In this document: in pieces, positions 1 to 7,843 of the stretch | Position numbering within the stretch: the first letter of the stretch is position 1 | Layout of the letters: each line of letters begins with the position of its first letter | DNA from: a virus | Taxonomy: Duplodnaviria > Caudoviricetes | Strand: one strand, 5' to 3' | Length of the DNA: 64,000 nt | IMG/VR virus record: IMGVR_UViG_3300017585_000161 | Coordinates: 18,564 to 82,563 of that record | Translations under genes and position numbers: made by a program | The notes under the pieces: model-generated | What the model saw: the letters and a program-made list of their open reading frames with translations, nothing else | The model's database searches: none | What the model was told of the DNA's origin: nothing

Positions 1-2
1 TA

Positions 3-179
3 CTCATCCATGTTGGGGACGGCGCCAACGGGCAGTACAACACGGCAGGATGCGTCCTTGTAGGGAAAAACACCATAGCGGGGGGCCTCACGCAGGGCAA
101 GGAGACTTTCAAGGCCCTGTACTCCAAACTTTCCGAGGCTAACAGCAGGGGTGAGAAGATTACTATTACGATAGAATGA
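3..179 (+). CDS. C-terminal part of a DUF5675-like putative peptidoglycan hydrolase (truncated by the window edge)
   Basis: Manual translation: LIHVGDGANGQYNTAGCVLVGKNTIAGGLTQGKETFKALYSKLSEANSRGEKITITIE*. The IHxG...T.GC.LVG motif and C-terminal ITIE match the DUF5675 pattern common in crAss-like phages. Confidence 0.65.
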   Translation, partial: LIHVGDGANGQYNTAGCVLVGKNTIAGGLTQGKETFKALYSKLSEANSRGEKITITIE

Positions 180-205
180 CGCTTTTAAATTAAAGGTTAA
201 ACTGG

Positions 206-237
206 AAAAGGGGAAGCTGTGAAGCCTCCCCTTTTTT
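206..237. terminator. Bidirectional intrinsic terminator between convergent genes
   Basis: AAAAGGGGA-AGCTGTGAAGC-CTCCCCTTTTTT: a stem with an A-run before and a T-run after. Confidence 0.75.
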
Positions 238-266
238 ATTCGCTTTTCATTCGCGCCGTGCGCCTG

Positions 267-686
267 TCACGCAAAGTCGCTCCACGGCACAGGCTGGCCG
301 TCGCCCACCATTGTGGCGACCCACCTCCTGAACGTGGTTTCGTCAGAGGCGTCTATGTCGTCAATGGTGTCTTTCACGTACAGAGCGAGGTGCTTCTCGT
401 CAGGCACTGACGACCCGAAGTAGTCCGCCAGTCCCATGTGATACACGAAAGCCCCGTCATAAAGGGTGTCGTTCTCAAGCTCCACGCCATGTCTCTTCAG
501 GATGTCCGTGACCTGCTCCTTCGTGTGGACCTGCACCTTGACAGCTTTTCCCGCGCTGTCTCTTTTCCTCATCAGGGACACCGCGTGCTCGAAGGCCTCC
601 TTGCTGAAGTGCCACCCGTAGTTCGAGATGTACCTCCTCATGGCGGAGGGCATGTCGTCATATATGTCTAACGCTGTCCTTCTCAT
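267..686 (-). CDS. Conserved Bacteroidales-phage hypothetical protein (YGWHFSK family)
   Basis: ORF track 267..740. The start is moved to ATG 686 (MRRTALDIYDD) because the upstream gene stops at 691. Contains YISNYGWHFSKEAFEHAVSLM. Confidence 0.7.
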   Translation of the reverse strand: MRRTALDIYDDMPSAMRRYISNYGWHFSKEAFEHAVSLMRKRDSAGKAVKVQVHTKEQVTDILKRHGVELENDTLYDGAFVYHMGLADYFGSSVPDEKHLALYVKDTIDDIDASDETTFRRWVATMVGDGQPVPWSDFA

Positions 687-690
687 GCCC

Positions 691-924
691 TTAATACCTT
701 GAGTACCTGCCTGAGCCCCTGTAGGCCCTGTCCTCGTCATAGTCCCTGTAGGAGTCCCTGTAGTGGCGGTGTCCGTGGTGTCTTGCGGAAGCGTTCTCCT
801 CCGAGTCTTCCTCGTCCTCCAGCTCCGAGACGCAGCGCATGGCCTTGCCTATATGCGATAGAGCCTTCTCAATGTGCTCCGAGAGCCCTGAGAGCCTGTC
901 CTCTGTTATCTCTGTCATGTACAT
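691..924 (-). CDS. Small acidic/His-Arg-rich hypothetical protein
   Basis: Internal ATG of ORF 691..1119 after an A-rich leader: MYMTEITEDRLSGLSEHIEKALSHIGKAMRC...GSGRYSRY. Confidence 0.7.
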   Translation of the reverse strand: MYMTEITEDRLSGLSEHIEKALSHIGKAMRCVSELEDEEDSEENASARHHGHRHYRDSYRDYDEDRAYRGSGRYSRY

Positions 925-950
925 TTCAATTCCCTTTCTTTGCTTGTTGT

Positions 951-1013
951 TCACTTGTTTCCCAGCGCCTGCGTGAGCATCTGCTTCATGTCCCCTATGG
1001 AGGTCTCGATGCC
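951..1013 (-). pseudogene. Possible orphan C-terminal gene fragment
   Basis: Reads GIETSIGDMKQMLTQALGNK* with the GC-rich codon style of the neighbouring genes, but is preceded in frame by TAG TGA and then an AT-rich non-coding tract. Confidence 0.35.
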
Positions 1014-1337
1014 TCACTAACGCACCAAATTTTTTTTCATTTTTACTCCGAATTTTTTGTGGGTATAAACGTGTGATTGTTATATCACTGCCCCCATGTC
1101 CTTGAGAGGATGGGGACACTCCCCTGGGCTATTGAATGAGAGTAGCCACTCATCAATGCTATTGATGCGGTTACAGTAACGAGACTGTTGCTGATAGCAA
1201 CAAAAGCTATCACCATAGCAAGGTTTCAGGTCAATGAAACCCTTAACCACTTCTACATAAGCACATAGAATTAATCAATTAAATAATTAACATTATCCTA
1301 TCTAAACACCAAGTCCTTTGATAGGGAAGGCACCACT

Positions 1338-1553
1338 ATGTCTAATAAAGACAACGTATTTCTTATGGTATCATTGGCAGTGCTAATGGGCGTTGGAATA
1401 TTCGCCTTTAGTTCTTTAACCATCAACCTTTTCGCTCAATCATGGTTGGGGTCTGTCAGTCATTCTCTTGTGATATTGCTTATTAGCTTTCTGATAGGTT
1501 TGATAATAAGTTTCGCACTGGTATGGGATGACATTAAGAATAATGAAGAATAA
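1338..1553 (+). CDS. Small membrane protein (2 TM)
   Basis: 71-aa ORF with two long hydrophobic stretches; first gene of the early block. Confidence 0.65.
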   Translation: MSNKDNVFLMVSLAVLMGVGIFAFSSLTINLFAQSWLGSVSHSLVILLISFLIGLIISFALVWDDIKNNEE

Positions 1554-1581
1554 ATATTAATCCTTTAAAAACAGTAAAAAT

Positions 1582-1911
1582 ATGAAGAATTATGTGAAGT
1601 TGGCTGCTCGGCTCGGCCATGTTGAGAAGTTTGACATCCTTGAGGATGAAATGCTTTATGAACAATCAATGTATCAGAATTGGTTGGCAGACCCTGAAGC
1701 ATTTGGAGAATGGGAACCTTATGAAGCATACGTCATGGAGGTGGAGAGAAAAATACAATTCCTTGAAAACTGCATGGTTTCTATGGATAGCATAAAGTCT
1801 TGGAATGACTTTTATGAGAAGTACATCTTTTACATGAACCCTGACAACCAAAAGCGTATTCCGACACTTGTCCCTACATGCACGGTGGGAGATGATGAAC
1901 TTCCATTTTGA
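1582..1911 (+). CDS. Early hypothetical protein ending in DDELPF
   Basis: 109-aa ORF preceded by the AATCCTTTAAAA leader motif. Confidence 0.75.
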   Translation: MKNYVKLAARLGHVEKFDILEDEMLYEQSMYQNWLADPEAFGEWEPYEAYVMEVERKIQFLENCMVSMDSIKSWNDFYEKYIFYMNPDNQKRIPTLVPTCTVGDDELPF

Positions 1912-1944
1912 CAATCTGTAAAATCAAAAACATAATTAAAAAAC

Positions 1945-2178
1945 ATGAGACAAAGAATTAACGCTGCTGCTGTATGCAGTTCAGCTAATTACACAGCATC
2001 AAAAAGAGCACATCTTGAAATGCTTAAAAGAAACCACTCGTCTGTATCATTGATGAGCTTCTCCTCTGAGAAGACTGATTGGCATCCAACCCATAAAACC
2101 ATTATGGTCTTTGGTAAGCCAATGGTAATCTCTTACGATGAGTATCAATCACACAACCTAAAGGAACTGGGGTTTTAA
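1945..2178 (+). CDS. Early hypothetical protein
   Basis: 77-aa ORF with an A-rich leader. Confidence 0.65.
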   Translation: MRQRINAAAVCSSANYTASKRAHLEMLKRNHSSVSLMSFSSEKTDWHPTHKTIMVFGKPMVISYDEYQSHNLKELGF

Positions 2179-2241
2179 GGCAGTTCCACAGGAAATAAGG
2201 CTATCCTGATAGTTAGCCTAAAATGTAATCATAATAAATAT

Positions 2242-2412
2242 ATGAAAACATTTACAAGATTCGGTAAAATGTCGGAAACAGCTTTCCTTACTGCATTTGG
2301 AGAATGGATTGATTGTTCCATCAGCAGTCTTGATGATCTTGAGAAAAGAGTTGATGAAGAGCTCAACACTCAAGAGAAGTTTGACGAGTATATGGACTAT
2401 CTAAATCAGTAA
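2242..2412 (+). CDS. Small early hypothetical protein (56 aa, not in the ORF track)
   Basis: Manual translation MKTFTRFGKMSETAFLTAFGEWIDC...YMDYLNQ*; A-rich leader. Confidence 0.6.
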   Translation: MKTFTRFGKMSETAFLTAFGEWIDCSISSLDDLEKRVDEELNTQEKFDEYMDYLNQ

Positions 2413-2537
2413 CATTTGACCGCACTGAGTAAGACTCTGAGCAGCTGTGCTTGGAAACAGAAAACAGCTAAATCTTTAAAATAAACAAACTTAAAGCCGT
2501 TACCCTTTCAGCTCCTGTGTGGTGGAAAGGGAATCTT

Positions 2538-3134
2538 ATGAAAGTAACAACTATTAGCTTTTCAGAAATGTTTGAAATCACAAACAGTGTAAAACACAAA
2601 ATTCTTCCTTTTAATGGAAAAGAAGACCGAATAGTCTCTTTCTCTAACAGAGAAGGAAAATCTGCTCTTATGATAGATATGCAAGAAACAATCAAGGAGC
2701 GGATATTAGGAACTAAAAGATGCGAATTAGAAGCATTTATAGAGATTGATAAGGAGCATATAAAAGAGCTGGAGCGGGACATAAAAGAGGCAGAAGACGA
2801 TATAAAGAGAGCATCCGAAGACATAGAGTTTTGGGAGAAACATGATGATAAAGAAATGGTTGAATCATGTAAAGGATGCGTACAAAGACAGCGTAACAAT
2901 CTTCCTAAGATGCATAATGAGAAAGAGATTCTTCAAAAAGAGATGAAAGACTATACTGAACGACTGTCCAATATATCTATTACCGAGAAAGACTTTGATT
3001 TCGATTGTTATAGTGATTGGAGTCTGTTTGAATTAGGTATTCCGCCAGTACAAATTCATCTTGAAGATGGAAGAGTAATCCTCCTAAACATGGAAGATGA
3101 ACATGATCAGTTAATTCTCCTAATATCTGAATAA
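2538..3134 (+). CDS. Early coiled-coil hypothetical protein
   Basis: ORF 2517..3134, likely ATG at 2538; central E/K/D-rich heptad region. Confidence 0.7.
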   Translation: MKVTTISFSEMFEITNSVKHKILPFNGKEDRIVSFSNREGKSALMIDMQETIKERILGTKRCELEAFIEIDKEHIKELERDIKEAEDDIKRASEDIEFWEKHDDKEMVESCKGCVQRQRNNLPKMHNEKEILQKEMKDYTERLSNISITEKDFDFDCYSDWSLFELGIPPVQIHLEDGRVILLNMEDEHDQLILLISE

Positions 3135-3177
3135 CCTCGATAATTAATTCAATTAACCCTTTAAAATTAAATCAAAA

Positions 3178-3438
3178 ATGAAAAAAGTAGAAAATGTCCT
3201 TGTGCCTACATCCTATGGCGAAGAAGTGGAAGTAAAAGCAGTATTGATTAACTGTTATCTGCAACTCGGAAGCCTTGCCCTTGTCAAACTCTATTATGGG
3301 CAAAATAGGCTCTTTGAAATTGTTGAAGCTGAAGACTGCGGCGGAACACATATTATTGCAGAATACTGCACAATTCCTGAATATGATGAGCTGCTCGCAG
3401 ACATTCAGCAAGATCTTTATGAAGCCGCTATTAAATGA
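3178..3438 (+). CDS. Early hypothetical protein
   Basis: 86-aa ORF preceded by the AACCCTTTAAAA leader. Confidence 0.75.
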   Translation: MKKVENVLVPTSYGEEVEVKAVLINCYLQLGSLALVKLYYGQNRLFEIVEAEDCGGTHIIAEYCTIPEYDELLADIQQDLYEAAIK

Positions 3439-3581
3439 AATACACGGTTTCTGACTCTGAGGGGAACATTCTAAAAGTGTTCCCCTCTTACCAACAAGCA
3501 AGTGATTACAAATTCACCTTTGGCAATCAACAGTGGCAAATACAAATTATTTAAATAAACATTAATTAAAATATAACAATT

Positions 3582-3884
3582 ATGGATACTTACAAAAACT
3601 CAGAATTACACATTGTAACAATTTATCATCACGAGCATGAGGATAGTTTCACCACAACAGTCCTTGCAACTCCAGAGGAAACGAACCAGATAATTGAGAA
3701 AGCTCGTAATGGTGAACTTGAATACGACTACGTTAATGATGAGGAAATACGGACTATTGACAAAATAGAGGTTATGAATCAAGTAAATGGTAAATATTTT
3801 GTCCATAGAATCCTTCGATTTGATTGGGAAACCCTTATCCGACTTCAAAAGGAATATGCGGATGCTGGCTTTGTAAATTCATAG
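3582..3884 (+). CDS. Early hypothetical protein
   Basis: 100-aa ORF with an A-rich leader. Confidence 0.7.
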   Translation: MDTYKNSELHIVTIYHHEHEDSFTTTVLATPEETNQIIEKARNGELEYDYVNDEEIRTIDKIEVMNQVNGKYFVHRILRFDWETLIRLQKEYADAGFVNS

Positions 3885-3948
3885 CCTTGCATAGACAGTC
3901 ATGTGGACTGCTACATAAATGAAGTAGATAACTATTACAATCCAAATC

Positions 3949-4140
3949 ATGATTGAAATTCTAATTAATGGCAAGGTGGTGAAGACAGTAGCCACCTTGC
4001 AAGAAGCTGTTGAGTTTAGAAACCAATACAAAGCTCAGCACTCTGGAGATTATCAAGTTATAGGCAGGTTCTCCACTGAAACCAGTGACCCTGACTACAA
4101 TGAATACAGGCAATATTGCCAAGAACAACTTTATAAATAA
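3949..4140 (+). CDS. Early hypothetical protein
   Basis: 63-aa ORF. Confidence 0.6.
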   Translation: MIEILINGKVVKTVATLQEAVEFRNQYKAQHSGDYQVIGRFSTETSDPDYNEYRQYCQEQLYK

Positions 4141-4149
4141 AAAAAAATT

Positions 4150-4356
4150 ATGAAACATTTAAATCCATTACACCTGTGCATTGCCACAGTAATCTGCTGC
4201 ATAATCGCAGCTTGTGCAAACACCATGCTGACACAAAGAAAGCAGCTTGATGCAGCTAAAAGCGTCATTGACATGGTTGTCGCCGAAGACCCCAACTGGT
4301 ATGACACCTACGGAGAGACTGACGCTTTTGTTGAATACGAACAGTTAAATTACTAA
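4150..4356 (+). CDS. Small protein with an N-terminal hydrophobic (possibly lipoprotein-like) segment
   Basis: MKHLNPLHLCIATVICCIIAACANT: a hydrophobic stretch ending in AAC. Confidence 0.6.
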   Translation: MKHLNPLHLCIATVICCIIAACANTMLTQRKQLDAAKSVIDMVVAEDPNWYDTYGETDAFVEYEQLNY

Positions 4357-4432
4357 CAACTTCACTCCTGAGCATGAGTCTAAAACTGCTCCATAACCAA
4401 ATTAACAAATAACCCTTTAAAAATTAAAAACT

Positions 4433-4711
4433 ATGATTATTAACGGAAAACACGCAGATTGCGTAAAGTGCGAACACATGCTTTATTCATCTTGTACAGA
4501 AAATCTTGATGAAATAAAGGTTATTAAAGACACAGTATTCTTCACTTTCCTTGACGAAGAGGATTTTGTAGCCTTGCCTATGCTGCCTGGCTATGAACTT
4601 CCTGAAGGAAAAGCATTCCCCGAAGACATATATGGTGTAATTATGGAAGATGACTGCGGACATACAAAGACTTTTATAGCTAACCAATACATACCTTCCC
4701 ACAGTATTTAA
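4433..4711 (+). CDS. Early hypothetical protein
   Basis: 92-aa ORF with a CxxC (CVKC), preceded by AACCCTTTAAAA. Confidence 0.7.
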   Translation: MIINGKHADCVKCEHMLYSSCTENLDEIKVIKDTVFFTFLDEEDFVALPMLPGYELPEGKAFPEDIYGVIMEDDCGHTKTFIANQYIPSHSI

Positions 4712-4816
4712 TAAATATTCCTCCTGACTAAGCCTCTGAGATTGACTCTCTTGGAAACAGAATGAGTCTTTGTTTAATATCATTAATTCAAATAACCCTT
4801 TAAAACAATAACAATT

Positions 4817-5098
4817 ATGAATATTTTTGCAAATCTAAAGAAGTACGCAGGTAAGTGGAATGAATCAAATGTACGTCCGTTTAGTAAGGATGAAATAGAT
4901 GCTGTTAAGTCAGCGTCTGTTGTAGATTCAGAGTTTGGGTTTTCAGTATGCTTTATTGCTAAAACTGGAGGTAAATGGTTTATTCCTCTGGAACATGAAA
5001 GCTCAAAACAAGCAGGCGATGTTATAGATATTAGTACAGCTCAGCTTGTCACGCTTTCCAGAGAGGGAAGCTCTGACATCTATAGAGTCAGGGCTTAA
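4817..5098 (+). CDS. Early paralog family, copy 1
   Basis: MNIFANLKKYAGKW...SDIYRVRA aligns by eye with 5698..5985 and 7844..8131. Confidence 0.85.
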   Translation: MNIFANLKKYAGKWNESNVRPFSKDEIDAVKSASVVDSEFGFSVCFIAKTGGKWFIPLEHESSKQAGDVIDISTAQLVTLSREGSSDIYRVRA

Positions 5099-5187
5099 TA
5101 TTGCGTTAAGTTAAAGCCAGGGGAGCATTCCTCTGGCTCCTCTTATCAACAAAAAACAACTTTCGTATAACATTAAATTTATATAAT

Positions 5188-5514
5188 ATGAATAAAGGAG
5201 ATATTATTCTTGTAGAAGGCATCAAAACTGTGGTTTTGGAAGAAGGAAATTATGAAGAATCTTACATTGATCCTGACAAAGGAAGTAAGACTATCTTATG
5301 TTATAATAAAGATAATGGGCTTTTCTGGCTATATGAACATATAGCTACTAAGCCTATTTATGAGAAGACTTGTGGTGGGGAACTTGAGATCATCATAGGT
5401 GAAGATTCTTATGTAGAGGGTATTTCAATCTCTATAATTCTTACTTGTCCAATTCCAAAAATTGATACACTACTTGATAATTTGGACAATTCTCAGATTA
5501 AGACAACTTTATAA
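5188..5514 (+). CDS. Early hypothetical protein
   Basis: 108-aa ORF followed by a terminator. Confidence 0.7.
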   Translation: MNKGDIILVEGIKTVVLEEGNYEESYIDPDKGSKTILCYNKDNGLFWLYEHIATKPIYEKTCGGELEIIIGEDSYVEGISISIILTCPIPKIDTLLDNLDNSQIKTTL

Positions 5515-5520
5515 ATGAAC

Positions 5521-5557
5521 GGCTGGGAGGGTAAACCTCTCAGCCTTCTTTTTTTTT
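5521..5557 (+). terminator. Intrinsic terminator (near-identical copy at 6001)
   Basis: GGCTGGGAGG-GTAAA-CCTCTCAGCC-TTCTTTTTTTTT. Confidence 0.85.
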
Positions 5558-5635
5558 CACACAGCAGGCAGGAGCAATGTTTTTGGAGCAAGTAAGATAG
5601 CAAGAAAACAGCTGTCAGTTATTTTTCATATCACA

Positions 5636-5652
5636 TGCTAACCACTCCTTCT
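5636..5652 (+). promoter_or_regulatory. 17-nt direct repeat, copy 1 (TGCTAACCACTCCTTCT)
   Basis: Exact match at 7708..7724; both copies lie upstream of members of the same paralog family. Confidence 0.5.
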
Positions 5653-5697
5653 AAGTTCATGGCGATATTGCCATATAATATTTAAATTTTATAAGTT

Positions 5698-5985
5698 ATG
5701 AACATTTTTCAAAATTTGAAGACCTATGCAGGTAAGTGGAGTGTAAGCAATTCTCGTAATTTCTCTGATGAGGAACAGCAAGCTGTGCAGAGCGCTGAAG
5801 TTGTGGCTTCTAAGGAAGGATATGGCAACTCTGTATGCTTCTTTATGAAAAGTGGCTTTAAGCAGTTTATTCCATTATCGGTCAACAGTGGTCTTTCAGT
5901 GGGAGACTTAGTTGATTTGAGTACTGCGAGACTTCTGACTCTTTCGAGAGTAGGAGAAGCAGACATCTATAGAGTTGAGGCTTAA
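5698..5985 (+). CDS. Early paralog family, copy 2
   Basis: MNIFQNLKTYAGKW...GEADIYRVEA. Confidence 0.85.
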   Translation: MNIFQNLKTYAGKWSVSNSRNFSDEEQQAVQSAEVVASKEGYGNSVCFFMKSGFKQFIPLSVNSGLSVGDLVDLSTARLLTLSRVGEADIYRVEA

Positions 5986-6000
5986 TAGAATTGTAAGTAA

Positions 6001-6036
6001 GGCTGGGAGGGTAAAACCTCTCAGCCTTCTTTTTTT
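6001..6036 (+). terminator. Intrinsic terminator
   Basis: GGCTGGGAGG-GTAAAA-CCTCTCAGCC-TTCTTTTTTT. Confidence 0.85.
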
Positions 6037-6360
6037 GTTCCTTCAGGTAAGAGCAATGGTTTCATCCCCTTACACGCACAGCAATGGGCTGGCTGATCAA
6101 GCCTTATATCCAAGTCTGTGAGAACAATGCCTGTTGAACAAGCCAAGTCCAAAACGCTTGGAATGAGAACATTGTTTTGTAGATTAAGATTTTGATTGAG
6201 ATTTCTTTTCAGCAGATGAACTTTAAAGCAAATCACAACTTCCAAACTCCATAAATTCTGAGTGATTGAGCTGTGAACAATCAAGCTATGAATTATTGGA
6301 ACAATCCATAAAACCAAAATGTAAAATAATTTCCCATATTGGTTTTTAATAATCTTTCTA

Positions 6361-6772
6361 CCCTTAGAGCACCCCGACTGAAAGCAGATTCAGCAAGGTT
6401 TTTACTCTTAAACTTCGAGACGGGCGGGTTATTGACGCTTTCACAAGCCATTTATCTCCATCAATGTAAGTTCCCACCTTACAAGGTAAACAAGTCTCCT
6501 ATAAGGAAGATTGTTTAGGACCATTTATACTCCCGTACTGTGCCACTGTGGTTTCACTTTTTGATATTAGCAGTCAACGCCTGCTTTCTCTGGCCGCCTC
6601 TGGGCTGGTCTCCGTCTCTTATATCAAGAGCTTTTTTGCCTCTATCGGCGATAACCCCAGTTGCTATGTGTAAAGTGCACTGGATAAGCCGACTTCTAAT
6701 CCTAAGCGTACTCTTATTGGAAGGGCTTTAGGATGAATGTGAACAATGTTCCTTAGGCATTGCCCACATAAG
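6361..6772 (-). ncRNA. Candidate large structured non-coding RNA
   Basis: No convincing ORF, many hand-found helices, and a host-type promoter immediately upstream on the minus strand. The 3' end is uncertain. Confidence 0.4.
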
Positions 6773-6778
6773 GCGCTG

Positions 6779-6786
6779 CAAATATA
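6779..6786 (-). promoter_or_regulatory. Bacteroidota sigma-A -7 element (TATATTTG)
   Basis: Minus strand reads TATATTTGCAGCG, matching the TAnnTTTG consensus. Confidence 0.6.
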
Positions 6787-6915
6787 CGCATATATAATGA
6801 CACCTGCAAGCACCTAAAGAAAACATTTAGATTTTTATCATTAAAATGTTAGTGAAAAAATAGATACAGCAAGTGACACACCTTAAAAAGCCCTTTCATG
6901 TTCCTATTATATATA

Positions 6916-6931
6916 ATGTACGCGCGTACAT
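6916..6931. repeat. Perfect 16-bp palindrome ATGTACGCGCGTACAT in an AT-rich tract
   Basis: Directly visible; flanked by TATATATA and TATTATTATAT. Confidence 0.8.
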
Positions 6932-6970
6932 ATTATTATATGTCATGCTGAAGCAAGCATGTTTAAGTAC

Positions 6971-7564
6971 TCAGCTGTCTTTATGCAGTTGTATTCTTAT
7001 CCGCTGCTCCTCCCTCACCTCTTCCCATTGGCGTTTCTCGTCATCAGTGAAATCCCTTTCCCCGCGCAGACATTTCCTGAGATTTTCAGCAAGCCTGTTA
7101 GGTCCCTTATGTTCTGGAATATTGTGCAGCACCTTATATACTTTATAGTATTCCTCCCAAGTGTCCCAATACTTTTTGTTAGCCTTCTTATACTTAATGC
7201 AAGCCTTATTGTGTTTGGCTTTTAGTACACGCTCCCTTCTCTCCAACCTTTTTCTTCTCCGCCATTCTTGGAACTTGGTCTTCAGTATGTTATAATTGTT
7301 AGGAGCAGAAGGTCTGTAGGGGTCGCCTTTAAACAGCCAGTCAATTAGAGGCAATGAGCACCATAACGCCATCATTATGAAAGCGACAACTCCGTTCACA
7401 AGAATAAATTTGTAAAGAAAAAAGATAATCCAAAAGAGTATAATGCAAATGGCTAAAGTACTGAGTATCAACTTGTTACGCTTGTAAAACTTTGGTAATA
7501 TGACAAACAAGAACACGGCACTTAACCCTCCAAACAGATATAATACAATTTCCCAAATATCCAT
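6971..7564 (-). CDS. Membrane protein (about 3 N-terminal TM segments, basic C-terminal domain), moron-like
   Basis: 197-aa ORF opposite to its neighbours, with its own promoter at 7654..7661. Confidence 0.75.
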   Translation of the reverse strand: MDIWEIVLYLFGGLSAVFLFVILPKFYKRNKLILSTLAICIILFWIIFFLYKFILVNGVVAFIMMALWCSLPLIDWLFKGDPYRPSAPNNYNILKTKFQEWRRRKRLERRERVLKAKHNKACIKYKKANKKYWDTWEEYYKVYKVLHNIPEHKGPNRLAENLRKCLRGERDFTDDEKRQWEEVREEQRIRIQLHKDS

Positions 7565-7653
7565 ATCCTCATATCTTTTTTTACTGCCTTCAGTACATAG
7601 CTTCAGCTATAAGTTATAACGTCTAACTTCCTATTTTATTACTTTCCTCTTGC

Positions 7654-7661
7654 CAAATATA
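7654..7661 (-). promoter_or_regulatory. Bacteroidota -7 promoter element (TATATTTG)
   Basis: TAnnTTTG match about 90 nt upstream of the ATG at 7564. Confidence 0.55.
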
Positions 7662-7707
7662 ACACTTTTTATTACCTAATATCCTATTTCTTACATCTTA
7701 TAAGACT

Positions 7708-7724
7708 TGCTAACCACTCCTTCT
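7708..7724 (+). promoter_or_regulatory. 17-nt direct repeat, copy 2
   Basis: Identical to 5636..5652. Confidence 0.5.
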
Positions 7725-7843
7725 CCGTCCTTGCTCTGGTGTATATGCTATAAGTATTTGCACCTTACGCATATTAACATTTTACATCCAACAATCGGCG
7801 TGCCAGATGCTAAAACAAGTCCGCAGGGCAGCGGCAGTTATCT

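Noticed and set aside
2420-4770. Hammerhead ribozymes at the CTCTGAG...GAAAC motifs
   Set aside because: The core needs CTGAnGA, but these read CTGAGCA, CTGAGAT or CTGAGGG, and I could not build stems I and III.
6021-6317. 98-aa minus-strand ORF downstream of the candidate ncRNA
   Set aside because: Non-ATG start, no A-rich leader, unremarkable composition, and it runs through the 6001 terminator.
6515-6625. Group I intron core (minus-strand GAGACCA / ATGGTCC as P7)
   Set aside because: No convincing P4/P6 elements and no interrupted host gene. Left to a covariance-model search.
6680-6700. RNase P RNA (minus-strand AGAAGTCGGCTTAT resembles conserved region V)
   Set aside because: It lies only about 90 nt from the promoter, and no upstream GAGGAAAGTCC region I was found.
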